A stretch of 64,000 bases of DNA from Candidatus Nanohaloarchaea archaeon (GTDB taxonomy: Archaea; Nanohalarchaeota; Nanosalinia; Nanosalinales; Nanosalinaceae), in the NCBI GenBank assembly GCA_047617745.1, contig JBLGBN010000001.1, positions 69,065 through 133,064 on the forward strand. Reading direction: 5' to 3'. The notes under the pieces are model-generated. The model did no database searches. It saw only the letters and a program-made list of their open reading frames with translations, and was not told the DNA's origin. Positions 19,768 to 29,350 of the stretch are shown one piece after another. Position 1 is the stretch's first letter, and the number at the start of each line of letters is the position of its first letter. Both the position numbers and the translations under genes were made by a program.

Positions 19768-20757
19768 ATGAAACTGTTAAACACGGATAGAACTGAAGGA
19801 TATGCCAAGATAAGAATAGAGAATGAAGACGATCTCTGGCATCTGAAAGATTTCATCAAGCCAGGCGACAAACTCAGAGCGCTAACTCAGAGGACGAAAC
19901 TGGAAGGCAGAGAGAAGAAAACTTTGAAGTTGACGCTTGAGGCCGAGAAAATCGAGTACCAGGAAAACCGATTAAGAGTTACCGGTGAGATAACTGAAGG
20001 TCATGAGGATATCGAACTGGGTTACCACACCTTCAATCTCGAGCCGGAGATGGAGTTCGATATCTGGCGAGATTTCACCGAAGAGGATTTCAACAAACTT
20101 GAAGAGTTCGAGGAAAAACGGTCTTACCAGGTTCTGTTCTGTCTGATAGAGAAAGGGAAGGCGGATTTCTACATGGTAGAAGAATCAGGTATAAAGGATA
20201 TGTCAGGCGTTGAGCAGAATATACCTGGTAAAATGTATGCAGATCAGAAAGAGGGCGAGGATTTCTACAAGAAAGTTAAGAGTGCAATTGAAAGATCCGC
20301 AGAAGATATAGATAACATAGTTCTAGCCGGTCCTGGGATGGAGAAGAACAAGGTGAAGAACCTTCTATCAGATGAAGTCCAGTCGAAAGTTTTCATGCAG
20401 GACACTTCAGTTACTGGTGAAACAGGGCTAAGAGAAGCTATCAAGAGAGGAGGGTTAAAGAAGGTTGTAGAAGACTCCAGAATCTCAGAGGAAACACAGA
20501 TGGTTGAAGAGTTACTGGAGGAGATCAGGGAAGACGGAAAAGCGAGTTATGGAGAACCTGTAAAAGATCTCGCCGAGCAGGGAGCGGTGGAAAAACTACT
20601 TATCACACCTGAGAAAAACCGTGAGAACCCGGAACTTTCAAAGACAGTTGAGAGAAACGGGGGCGAGACGGTTATCATTCATACCGATCATGAGGCCGGG
20701 CAGCGTTTAGAGAAGCTTGGCGGAATAGCCGCGCTTCTGAGGTACAGTCCTAATTAA
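19768..20757 (+). CDS. pelA: mRNA surveillance/ribosome rescue protein Pelota
   Basis: EDDLWHL, RLRVTGEI, GYHT, LAGPG, HEAGQRLEKLGGIAALLRY; start at ATG 19768. Confidence 0.95.
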   Translation: MKLLNTDRTEGYAKIRIENEDDLWHLKDFIKPGDKLRALTQRTKLEGREKKTLKLTLEAEKIEYQENRLRVTGEITEGHEDIELGYHTFNLEPEMEFDIWRDFTEEDFNKLEEFEEKRSYQVLFCLIEKGKADFYMVEESGIKDMSGVEQNIPGKMYADQKEGEDFYKKVKSAIERSAEDIDNIVLAGPGMEKNKVKNLLSDEVQSKVFMQDTSVTGETGLREAIKRGGLKKVVEDSRISEETQMVEELLEEIREDGKASYGEPVKDLAEQGAVEKLLITPEKNRENPELSKTVERNGGETVIIHTDHEAGQRLEKLGGIAALLRYSPN

Positions 20758-21875
20758 CGGTCGGATCTCGCGCCTAATGTGACCGGTATGCTCATTTTCT
20801 CCTCGTTCCGTATGACTGTTACGTTTACTTCCTGTCCTACCTCGGTTTCTCGGGAAAGGTAGAGTAAAATATCGTTTATACCTCTAACATTATCGCCGTT
20901 TATCCCGATAATAACATCTCCTCCGAGATTGATCGGGTTGCCGTTGATATTTTCGGTCTCATTTCCTGCCTGGATACCTGCTTGATCAGCCGGGCTATCC
21001 TCTACTACATCAACCACCAGGAAACCTGTGGTGTTTTCAAGCTCCATTCTGTCCGCAATCTCCGGATTCACATCGACACCTGATACGCCAAGCCATGGAT
21101 GCTGATGGTTCTGATCATCGATAAGAGACGGTACAACATTCTTTACAGTGTTTGAAGGTATGGCAAAACCTACACCGGAAAAAGTGCCAGTACTTGATTC
21201 AATCGCGGTGTTAACGCCGATAACCTCGCCCTGAACGTTTAGGAGAGGTCCTCCAGAGTTACCAGGGTTTATGGCGGCATCCGTCTGTAGTACATTGGGC
21301 GTTGAAAATCCGCCCTGAGTTCTAAGGCTTCTGCCTTTCTGGGAGATTATTCCTGAGGTCATAGAGCTTCTTAGACCGAATGGATTTCCGATTGCAACCG
21401 CTCTCTGCCCCACTTGAACCTCGGAGGAGTCTCCTAATTCCAGGGGTTCAAGACCTCTCTTGTTGACTTTCAGGACGGCCAGATCGGTGTAGGGATCAGT
21501 CCCTACAATCGTGGCTCTTCTGGTTGATCCGTCTATGAAACCGACTTCTACTCTTTCGGCTCCTTCAACAACATGTGCATTCGTAACAATATAACCGTCG
21601 CCGCTGTAGACAAAACCGGATCCCTGTGACCCTTCAGCGCCGTAGGCACGGATATAGACTGCAGACTGGTCAACCGAGTTGAAAAGCTCAGAAAGCCCGG
21701 AATTGTCAGTATAGTTGAGCTGAACGATGTTTGCGCTCCTCTCTAGATCGTCGACCCTATCATTTAATCTGTCAAGCTCTGAGTTCATGTAGTCAAAAGT
21801 TACAGCTCCGCCAGCTACTGCGCCTACGACAAGAAATACCGCTGACACCGCCACTATACTGGAATCCGGTTTCAC
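20754..21875 (-). CDS. htrA: HtrA/DegP-like serine protease with PDZ domain
   Basis: GSGF, TNAHVV, DLAVLK, QTDAAINPGNSGGPL, PDZ; GTG start with AAGGAG upstream (alternative 21917). Confidence 0.9.
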   Translation of the reverse strand: MKPDSSIVAVSAVFLVVGAVAGGAVTFDYMNSELDRLNDRVDDLERSANIVQLNYTDNSGLSELFNSVDQSAVYIRAYGAEGSQGSGFVYSGDGYIVTNAHVVEGAERVEVGFIDGSTRRATIVGTDPYTDLAVLKVNKRGLEPLELGDSSEVQVGQRAVAIGNPFGLRSSMTSGIISQKGRSLRTQGGFSTPNVLQTDAAINPGNSGGPLLNVQGEVIGVNTAIESSTGTFSGVGFAIPSNTVKNVVPSLIDDQNHQHPWLGVSGVDVNPEIADRMELENTTGFLVVDVVEDSPADQAGIQAGNETENINGNPINLGGDVIIGINGDNVRGINDILLYLSRETEVGQEVNVTVIRNEEKMSIPVTLGARSDR

Positions 21876-21928
21876 AGGGGTAAACTCCTTACTGAAAGTT
21901 TTATACCAACCGGCCACAAACCCTTCAA

Positions 21929-22294
21929 ATGCTGATGGAGCTTAGAAAACATTTTTTCGAACTTACGCCTCTTGGGAAAGCCGACAAGGACGTTAGGGAA
22001 TACCTTAGAGAGAACCTTGATGAGCAACAGTTCGCACGGTACCACAGAGCTCTCTCCCATTACCGCCATATGAAGGTTATACAGAGCTCTCTGAAACTGC
22101 TTTTCTACGCCAGTATAATTACCTCAATAGCGGCTACCCTTGGTTTCAACCAGGCACAGATCATACAGCGGATCGCATCCTATCTTGGAACATCGCTGAT
22201 ATTCATTCTTTACGCAGCCACAAGCTACATTACGATGATCAGAAGAGAAACCTACCATGTGCAGAGAGAAATACTGATATCAAAAGCGTCTTGA
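21929..22294 (+). CDS. Small two-TM membrane protein
   Basis: Two hydrophobic segments; ends just before the att repeat. Confidence 0.65.
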   Translation: MLMELRKHFFELTPLGKADKDVREYLRENLDEQQFARYHRALSHYRHMKVIQSSLKLLFYASIITSIAATLGFNQAQIIQRIASYLGTSLIFILYAATSYITMIRRETYHVQREILISKAS

Positions 22295-22299
22295 CAAAT

Positions 22300-22319
22300 A
22301 CAAGTAGCGTCAGGGGTGG
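22300..22319. repeat. att site (distal copy of tRNA-Ser 3' end)
   Basis: Identical to 31715-31734. Confidence 0.92.
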
Positions 22320-22474
22320 ACGTACTAACTCACGTGCAACGTCCTCAGTAGGAACGGTGTTTTCAACTATAGATTATAGAGTAAATTATTAATAGGAAAC
22401 GGAATGTAGAACTCCTTGCTGACTGAGGCCTTCTTGTAGAAAGTATAAAGAGTTCTATTAATCTGCTCGGAGAT

Positions 22475-22615
22475 ATGAAACTGCAGGAGCAGAAGAACGG
22501 ACAGAAAATGATCACAATCCCGGCCCAGATTGCGAGAGCCAAGGGCTGGAAAAAAGGAGATAAACTGAAGTGGAGAGTTGGTGAAGATGGCAAACTTATC
22601 TTGGAAAAAGATTAG
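22475..22615 (+). CDS. AbrB/MazE/SpoVT-like DNA-binding protein (46 aa)
   Basis: Hand translation MKLQEQKNGQKMITIPAQIARAKGWKKGDKLKWRVGEDGKLILEKD; below the ORF track cutoff. Confidence 0.8.
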   Translation: MKLQEQKNGQKMITIPAQIARAKGWKKGDKLKWRVGEDGKLILEKD

Positions 22616-22686
22616 GAACAATTTCAGGCTTCGCTCATTATTTTCGACCTCTTAACTAAAGATTTCAAATTCTATAGGGATTCTCA

Positions 22687-22710
22687 TAATTAACAAGTTA
22701 ATTAACAAGT
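22687..22710. repeat. Tandem 12-bp repeat TAATTAACAAGT x2 in AT-rich intergenic DNA
   Basis: Seen directly; followed by degenerate TAACTAATTAC. Confidence 0.7.
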
Positions 22711-22899
22711 TAACTAATTACTCTTTATTTCCACTATAGATGTTTTTTAGCGCTTCAAATCTATATAGCTGCCTCAAGAAAGGGTTATTTAAACTTTAAT
22801 AGTCTTATTAATCCTGAACAATGAATGTGGATGAAAAACTACGAGAATACTTCCGTGAAAATCTGAGAGAAAGGGCCGCAGAGAACGGCCCAGAGAAAG

Positions 22900-23223
22900 A
22901 TGTTCGAAATGTACAGGCTTCAGCGTGACTCAAAAAATTTTCTGAAAGAGAAGGAGGAACGAGAAAAAGTAAATCGGACTTTCTATCTCTTCCAAGACCA
23001 GCTTGAAGCATTACAGGACACCGGCGCTCCCTCCCGGAAACTGCGAGAAGCACTCGATCACTACCTTCAACCGGGAAACGGAGATATACCCCTTAGTGTG
23101 GTAAAGGAAGTGCTTGAACACCTACACTACCACGCTGAGAGCCAAGAGATCAAAGATGCAATCCACACAGTAGAGGAATCTCTATACAGCTCAAGCCCAA
23201 AGGTGAAACCGAATGACGGCTGA
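22900..23223 (+). CDS. Ribbon-helix-helix (CopG-like) protein
   Basis: RTFYLFQDQLEAL...SRKLREALDHYL. Confidence 0.6.
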   Translation: MFEMYRLQRDSKNFLKEKEEREKVNRTFYLFQDQLEALQDTGAPSRKLREALDHYLQPGNGDIPLSVVKEVLEHLHYHAESQEIKDAIHTVEESLYSSSPKVKPNDG

Positions 23224-25444
23224 GGTTGAACTCGAACCTGTGGAAATAGATATCGATGGAATGCCTCATGAGGAACCTTTCTATAAATTCAAAATAGGTA
23301 ACACAGAGAAGATGGTGGTTATCGATAAGTATCAGAATAACTACGAGGTCAAGGTAGAAGATATAGACGGTAAAACCGTTTTTCCTGCGATAGAAATGAA
23401 AGGTGAGTTCTGGAAGAATCAACAGAAAACCAGTAAGCTTGTGAACCAGTTTAATGACGCCGAAATCGGCGTAGAGTTTAATAAAAACAATTTCCGGATT
23501 CAAATAGCTCAGGAGCTCACCCAACAGCTGGAGCTACACACAGACCTTATTATCGATAACCAAGAATATGACGAAAAAGAAACAATAGAGGAAAGATACG
23601 GTACAGATACTATAGAAAAGGCCGAGGATCTTTTGGAGAATCGTAATATCCTGAAAAAAGTGAAAACCGTTCTGGATCATCGTATTGCCGGAGAAGATCT
23701 CAACAAGCTCGGGATATTTCTGCAGCTTCTATCGAAAGACACAGAAAAACCGTTAATGATATTCGGAGTTCAGAAACAGGGAGAGGGCAAGAGTTACATA
23801 GCGAAAAATGTGTTAAACCTGTTCCCGGATCACGCAGTCAAAGATGTAACCGATATGACTAAAGCTGCGCTTTACCGGCATGCAGATGAAGAACCCGATT
23901 ACTTCGACGGAAAGATAGTGTTCTTCGGCGAGATACCTGAGAAAGAAGAGGACCGCGAGATCTTTCAGATATTTCGCCAGTTGGTTAGTGAAGGCGAGGT
24001 CAGCAAGGAGTTAGTAATTGAGAGGAATGGTGAACTAAAGCCTGTAGAGCTACGTCTGGAAGGATCGCCTGTGGTACTTTCTACTACGGTGAATCCAGGA
24101 GTGATCGATGAACAGGATATGAGCCGGGGGATGGCTTACAGTCCAGAGATGACAAAAAAGCAGAATGAGAAGGTTCGCAGTTTCCAGAACAGGAAAAGAG
24201 AATTTCCAGAAGAAGTGGTGAACCCTGGAAAAATTAAGGAGTTGGAAGAGATAATCCAGTGTGCGATGGATATACTTTCTAGAGATGAGGTCGATTTACA
24301 GAACCCGTTTGTACGTGATATGAGCAGGGAAGTTCCAAATAATACTGATAACGTTAAACGAGATTATCCGAAGACTTTGCAGATAGCTACGGAGATGCCG
24401 GCCTATCTCTATCACAGACAGCGTCCGAAAATGGAAGTATACAGCGGCGAGAAGACATTCGTTGTATGGAAGGATCTGGTTCGAGGAGTAGTAATCAACA
24501 GAAAGTTCATCAATAATATGATCCGAGGTAGGACCGAATCGGCAATGGATGCGTTCAGAGAGATAAAAGGACAGGTTGAACGAATTGAAAAGAAGTACAA
24601 CGATATCTCAGACTATAAAGACAGAGTAGAACTCTCTGACGATCTTAGTTTCACTAGTGACGACTTGTCGAAGTGGATGGGTATATCCACTCAAACTGCT
24701 AGAGAGTACCTTAGGAAGCTTGACCGTATGGAATTGATCTACAAGGACTCAGATGTGAAGCCTCACAACCATTATCTAATAAAGAAAGAATTAATGGAAA
24801 CCGAAGGAATAACGCTGCAAGGTCTCTATAATATTTTAGCATCCGTCTTTAACCGTAAAGAGATCGGAGAATGGGCGAAACAGTATATCAGTAATACTGA
24901 CTTAGATGTAAGTCAAAATAACCTCTTGGATAAAATAGGGTTTTCTCAAGATGATCTTCCTGTATGTGTAGATATCGGTATCGAAATAGATCCTACACTT
25001 CCTACCCCTCTCTATATGGAGAATACAGAATCTAAAATCGAAGAACCTACATACGTTAAAATAGAAATAGAAGGCTCTGAAATAGCCTGCACGTTTGGCA
25101 GCGTAGATAAAAAGCTTTCAGAGGATAAGAATCCAAAAATTAAATCCGAGAATGAATCTATTCAGAAGCCGGAAAGTCCTTTAGGTGAACGTGTCTGGGG
25201 TTCTACTTCTTATGGAAACCCGATAGCAGTGCCTTTTGTGGTTTCTGATCCGGTTAACGATCCTAATTTTGACTTCACTGAGGAAGAAGTTTTAGACTAC
25301 ATACAGAAGGCGAGTTGGTTGGAGTATAATCCTGAAAACGATACAGTGACAAGAACAGCTGGTCAAGAAGAAAACCTGATCCACAGTTCAAAAGTTGATG
25401 GCGAAAAAGAAGCCATAGTCGGAAAGGTGAATACATCTAAATGA
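23213..25444 (+). CDS. P-loop ATPase, putative replication helicase/initiator with wHTH
   Basis: GEDLNKL..L...S....PL, Walker A QGEGKS, T..ALY, wHTH FTSDDLSKWMGISTQTAREYLRKL; GGTGA SD. Confidence 0.7.
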   Translation: MTAEVELEPVEIDIDGMPHEEPFYKFKIGNTEKMVVIDKYQNNYEVKVEDIDGKTVFPAIEMKGEFWKNQQKTSKLVNQFNDAEIGVEFNKNNFRIQIAQELTQQLELHTDLIIDNQEYDEKETIEERYGTDTIEKAEDLLENRNILKKVKTVLDHRIAGEDLNKLGIFLQLLSKDTEKPLMIFGVQKQGEGKSYIAKNVLNLFPDHAVKDVTDMTKAALYRHADEEPDYFDGKIVFFGEIPEKEEDREIFQIFRQLVSEGEVSKELVIERNGELKPVELRLEGSPVVLSTTVNPGVIDEQDMSRGMAYSPEMTKKQNEKVRSFQNRKREFPEEVVNPGKIKELEEIIQCAMDILSRDEVDLQNPFVRDMSREVPNNTDNVKRDYPKTLQIATEMPAYLYHRQRPKMEVYSGEKTFVVWKDLVRGVVINRKFINNMIRGRTESAMDAFREIKGQVERIEKKYNDISDYKDRVELSDDLSFTSDDLSKWMGISTQTAREYLRKLDRMELIYKDSDVKPHNHYLIKKELMETEGITLQGLYNILASVFNRKEIGEWAKQYISNTDLDVSQNNLLDKIGFSQDDLPVCVDIGIEIDPTLPTPLYMENTESKIEEPTYVKIEIEGSEIACTFGSVDKKLSEDKNPKIKSENESIQKPESPLGERVWGSTSYGNPIAVPFVVSDPVNDPNFDFTEEEVLDYIQKASWLEYNPENDTVTRTAGQEENLIHSSKVDGEKEAIVGKVNTSK

Positions 25445-25517
25445 CTATCTATTTCCGGCAACTTACAGGTTTTTACTGGACTTCGAAACCTACCATATAT
25501 TATATTGCGCGTGGAAG

Positions 25518-26315
25518 GTGAGGTCTATCTTTTCAGATTATATAATAAAGCAGAACCTCAACAGTATGAAAGAGCACATCAAGGAGAACAACAAGGATTT
25601 CCTATTTGTAGTGGCGGGAGAAGAAGGAACCGGGAAATCAGCGCTCTCCCTAATGATGGCAAAACACCTAGACCCCAACTTTGATGTAGAAAAACAGGTA
25701 GCATTCTCCAGCCAAGAATTCCGACGAAAAGCATCACAACTAGAACCCTTCAAACCCATCATATTCGACGAAGCCATCGAAGGACTATACAGCAGGAATG
25801 CAGTAACCAAAGAAAACAAGAAAACAATACAGTTCCTGCGAAAATGCCGGGAAATGAACCTGATAATCTTCCTAAACCTACCACAACTCTCAGAACTCGA
25901 CAAACCTATACGGAAACACCGAGCAAAATCAGTGATCCGATGCGTAAAACAAGGCTGGGCATGGGTCTACGGCACCACCAAAACCAAAAGAATCCAAAAA
26001 AGAAAATACGGAAAGCTGAAATATCCTAAATATCCTACCTATAAAATCGGATGGAGAGACCCAGAAAACGCAATACCTGAAACCTGGAAAAAATACCAAA
26101 AACAGAAAATGAAGGATATACAGGATCTGAAAGACCAAGAGGAACCCAATACCTCCGATAAATGGATGAGTGTCGGGAAATTCGCGGAATCAGTAGGAGT
26201 AACAAACAAAACAGTCAGAAACTGGTGCAATGAGGGAGAGATAGACTTCAAGAGGCTGCCAAACGAAGACCGCAGAATACCCAAAAGCCAAGTAGATGTA
26301 GTTCTGAACGATTAA
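25518..26315 (+). CDS. Viral/plasmid-type ATPase fused to C-terminal excisionase-like HTH
   Basis: Walker A GEEGTGKS, Walker B IIFDEA; C-terminal WMSVGKFAESVGVTNKTVRNWCNEG...RRIP. Confidence 0.75.
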   Translation: MRSIFSDYIIKQNLNSMKEHIKENNKDFLFVVAGEEGTGKSALSLMMAKHLDPNFDVEKQVAFSSQEFRRKASQLEPFKPIIFDEAIEGLYSRNAVTKENKKTIQFLRKCREMNLIIFLNLPQLSELDKPIRKHRAKSVIRCVKQGWAWVYGTTKTKRIQKRKYGKLKYPKYPTYKIGWRDPENAIPETWKKYQKQKMKDIQDLKDQEEPNTSDKWMSVGKFAESVGVTNKTVRNWCNEGEIDFKRLPNEDRRIPKSQVDVVLND

Positions 26316-26389
26316 ACACGCTAAACTTCAGGATATCTGGCTTTAATGATATTAATAGCTTCTATAGTGTGTCTTAGCTACTAATTAGT

Positions 26390-27193
26390 TTAAGCAGCTC
26401 CTAAAGAGCTTTCCTGGGCCTCAACCATATCACCAATATCTTTGTTCATCATATTCTCGATGAATTTCGTAGCCATACTAGCATAGCTTTTAATTTGTGG
26501 GCTTTCAGTTCTAGGGATATCCATTAGGTCTATTTGGGGGACCTCCTCTATTATTATCTGAAAAATAGGGCCTATGCGTAGAGGCGACTCCCGAGAAGCA
26601 AAATTAATGAGTCTTGTCATCTGTTTAAGGTTTTCCAAGCCTTCCTCTCTTACTCTTACATTCTGGCCTTCTTTAAAATCTAAATCTTCTACTACGATCC
26701 TTGCTCCTGCCAAAGACATATAGAGAATTTTTACGTACATTGAAAGTTGTTTTTCAGCATCAGAAACTTTTTCACCTAGAACCTTCTGTAACCTTTCGTT
26801 CTCAAACAGTCTCAAAACTTCAGAACGGCCAAAAATATTTTCTATAGTTTCTTCATCTTCTGCTTCTACTCTTAGAGCTTCTTGATTCTTATCTTCGTAT
26901 TTAAAAAGGTGTGTAATTACTTCAAGCAATTTATCTTTGTTAGATTGATATTTCCAATTTCCATCTTTTTCGGCACTTAGATATTCATGGTCCAGCATCT
27001 GCTGAAGTGCCTTACTACGAGAATATATAGTTCTTACAGAATCTTTCTTTTCCTCTCCATACAGATCTTCCGCAATTTCTGAGAGGTTTTTAGGTTCGTT
27101 TAATGCTCCGAAGTAGATTGTCAGGATCTCGTCATTCAATTCCATTTTCGAATCTTTATCTTTCCACACTCCAACCAATGATTCAGATCCCAC
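26390..27193 (-). CDS. Putative winged-helix regulator
   Basis: EPKNLSEIAEDLYG...LQQMLDHEYL..W.Y; start uncertain (GTG 27193 or ATG 27145). Confidence 0.55.
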   Translation of the reverse strand: MGSESLVGVWKDKDSKMELNDEILTIYFGALNEPKNLSEIAEDLYGEEKKDSVRTIYSRSKALQQMLDHEYLSAEKDGNWKYQSNKDKLLEVITHLFKYEDKNQEALRVEAEDEETIENIFGRSEVLRLFENERLQKVLGEKVSDAEKQLSMYVKILYMSLAGARIVVEDLDFKEGQNVRVREEGLENLKQMTRLINFASRESPLRIGPIFQIIIEEVPQIDLMDIPRTESPQIKSYASMATKFIENMMNKDIGDMVEAQESSLGAA

Positions 27194-27660
27194 CTGAATT
27201 CGCCCCCATACGTCAGTATACTAGTGAATCATTATTAATCTTATTCATTAACCGACCTCAACTTAACGCGTCAACTAATATTCAACACGTTAACAACCCG
27301 CCACCTATATAAAAGAGCAGTGGCTACTATACTGTGAAAACCCATGACAAACAAATTAGAGGATTTATACTAGAGAAGAGTGTACACACAAACCCCGAGG
27401 TCGCTGCCGCCAAGCAAGCCAACCTCAGGGTCTGGTGATTAGCAATGAATATAGAGTCGAGCAAAGTTTATATTGCTAGGATAGAATTGTCCGAGCTGAT
27501 ATTTAAAAGTTTATTCTCATTTTTCCTTGATTTCGTATTATACTTTATTTTAAGGCGGTTATGCGCCGAAAAATCTGATAGGAGAAACAAAAGAGCCGGA
27601 GACGTTTATAGGGTAGATCTCCAGGCTCGGAGCCATTTGAGAGGCTTGGAGGTGAGAAAA

Positions 27661-28272
27661 ATGACAGAAAATAATGACCTCCCGCCTCGTGAAGACCTCA
27701 TTGATCACGTCAATGAGAAATGTTCTTCACGTCTACAGACTGTTGAGCCTATGGTGGATATTGCGCTCTACGTTGATAAAAGGGACGGCTTAGTTAGGAC
27801 CACAAAAATTAAGGAAAACGTAGAAGGCGCAACCAGTGCCGCCATCAACAACGCTGTGGAACGCATCAAGCTTCTAGAAAAGCATCCTCCTCGAGGATCT
27901 GGGACTCTGTTCGTGCATGAGAGAACAGATAAGACGTACTTCTCTCCAGCGAATATCTCCTCAGAGGAATACGAGGAAATGTTCAAAGATGTGAAACTGC
28001 TGCTTGATGAAGCTGAAACAAATTCAGATAAAAGAGATCTTCTAGCGGAAGCATTTGGCTGCAATTCAGAAATCAGTTCAATCAGAGATGCAGTCGAATC
28101 AGCATTCCAAGAGGACTCTCTAGAATGTCTGAATACTGCCGGCGAAGTAATCAGAAAAATCCAGCAATCTGACGAGATGGCTCGGCAGAGCAACTACGAA
28201 GGGCTAGGTTGGCGTAATATGGCTAACCGGTTCGGTATTCACGAGGCAGCTTACAACATCGGAGAGGAGTAG
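27661..28272 (+). CDS. Hypothetical protein
   Basis: GGAGGTGA at 27648-27655 before ATG 27661; acidic composition from there on. Confidence 0.65.
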   Translation: MTENNDLPPREDLIDHVNEKCSSRLQTVEPMVDIALYVDKRDGLVRTTKIKENVEGATSAAINNAVERIKLLEKHPPRGSGTLFVHERTDKTYFSPANISSEEYEEMFKDVKLLLDEAETNSDKRDLLAEAFGCNSEISSIRDAVESAFQEDSLECLNTAGEVIRKIQQSDEMARQSNYEGLGWRNMANRFGIHEAAYNIGEE

Positions 28273-28310
28273 GATCCTCTCCAAAAATCCTGCTTTTCCT
28301 TTCTTTTTCT

Positions 28311-28343
28311 TTTTTCTCCATTAGCTTGTCACGTTCCTCCTCT
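28311..28343. repeat. 33-bp exact copy of the integrase 3' region (30438-30470)
   Basis: TTTTTCTCCATTAGCTTGTCACGTTCCTCCTCT occurs at both places; the minus strand encodes EEERDKLMEK. Confidence 0.85.
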
Positions 28344-28402
28344 AAGACCCAGAACCAGTGGGGAAAAATCTTCCAATTGAGGTTCGTTCAAACCATGAAT
28401 TG

Positions 28403-29350
28403 TCAGGTCGCAGGAAATTTATAGAGCCTATAATCGCTTCCATCTACGTCCTCATAATCCCAGTCGACGTCTACCTCCTCGGTATTCTTTCTCCACATTG
28501 TGTGCAGGTTTCTCTCAGTCTCTTCTCCTAGATAGATTGTATTGGTGTCCGCCCTTCCTTCTATCTTAGCAGCTACATTAATTGTCCTCCCTATAAGGTC
28601 CCGATGTCTTTTCACTCCCTCCGCACCCATCGATACTATATCCGCTTCTCCAGAGTCCATACCAATCCTGACATCCAGAGAAGGAAGGTCACTCTCCTCT
28701 AAAACCGGATTAATTCCTTGCTGCACTGTCTTTATCATGGAGGTAGCGCAGTCGATGGCGTTGTCATGCATACCTATATAGTCAGGGTCAGGGAAATATG
28801 CTATTAAGCCGTCACCACCATATTTCAGGACGTAGCCCTGGAAAACATCTACGAGTATTGACATCTCCTGCTGGAATAATTGTATGATCTTAGTATTCTC
28901 ATCGGAATCAAGTCTCTGACTTAGCTCTGTAGAACCTTCGATATCGATAACCAGAATTATGAACCTAGTATCGTTCTCCTCTGCAAGTTCCTCCAGTTTC
29001 TGCTCGGAAGCGTCCTCAAATTCATGTTCTGGAAGACCGCTGGACATTGTATTTCGAATATCTTCACGTCTGGAATCGATATGGTCATTGATATTATCAA
29101 TTTTTCTTGGTGTATAATAGAAAGGTAAATCATCGGCACTCCTTTTTGCTGCTCTCTGCATCTCCTCTTTAGGGATGAAGAACTCTTCGAAGGTATCCCA
29201 GTAACCTTCCTCTCCATCTATAGTTCTTTCCTCATACCTTTCCGGATCCGGTATGGCGAGCATCTTGAACGTGCCATCTTCATCATTAACTTCAACAAGC
29301 TCCGTTACAAAGTCCATACGGAAACTCTTTCGGTTTTCATCTTCACTCAT
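28403..29350 (-). CDS. Class III adenylate/guanylate cyclase with unknown N-terminal domain
   Basis: VIDIEGST, LKYGGDG, VRIGMDSG, DLIGRTINVAAKIE. Confidence 0.9.
   Translation of the reverse strand: MSEDENRKSFRMDFVTELVEVNDEDGTFKMLAIPDPERYEERTIDGEEGYWDTFEEFFIPKEEMQRAAKRSADDLPFYYTPRKIDNINDHIDSRREDIRNTMSSGLPEHEFEDASEQKLEELAEENDTRFIILVIDIEGSTELSQRLDSDENTKIIQLFQQEMSILVDVFQGYVLKYGGDGLIAYFPDPDYIGMHDNAIDCATSMIKTVQQGINPVLEESDLPSLDVRIGMDSGEADIVSMGAEGVKRHRDLIGRTINVAAKIEGRADTNTIYLGEETERNLHTMWRKNTEEVDVDWDYEDVDGSDYRLYKFPAT

Noticed and set aside
22821..22928. 35-codon ORF (MNVDEKLREYFRENL...) resembling DKDVREYLRENL in the 21929 gene and possibly frameshifted into the RHH gene
   Set aside because: The match is too short to distinguish from chance, and a frameshift cannot be supported without homologs
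28403..29350. Calling the cyclase Pycsar PycC
   Set aside because: Adenylate-type K/D specificity residues and no neighbouring cNMP-binding effector
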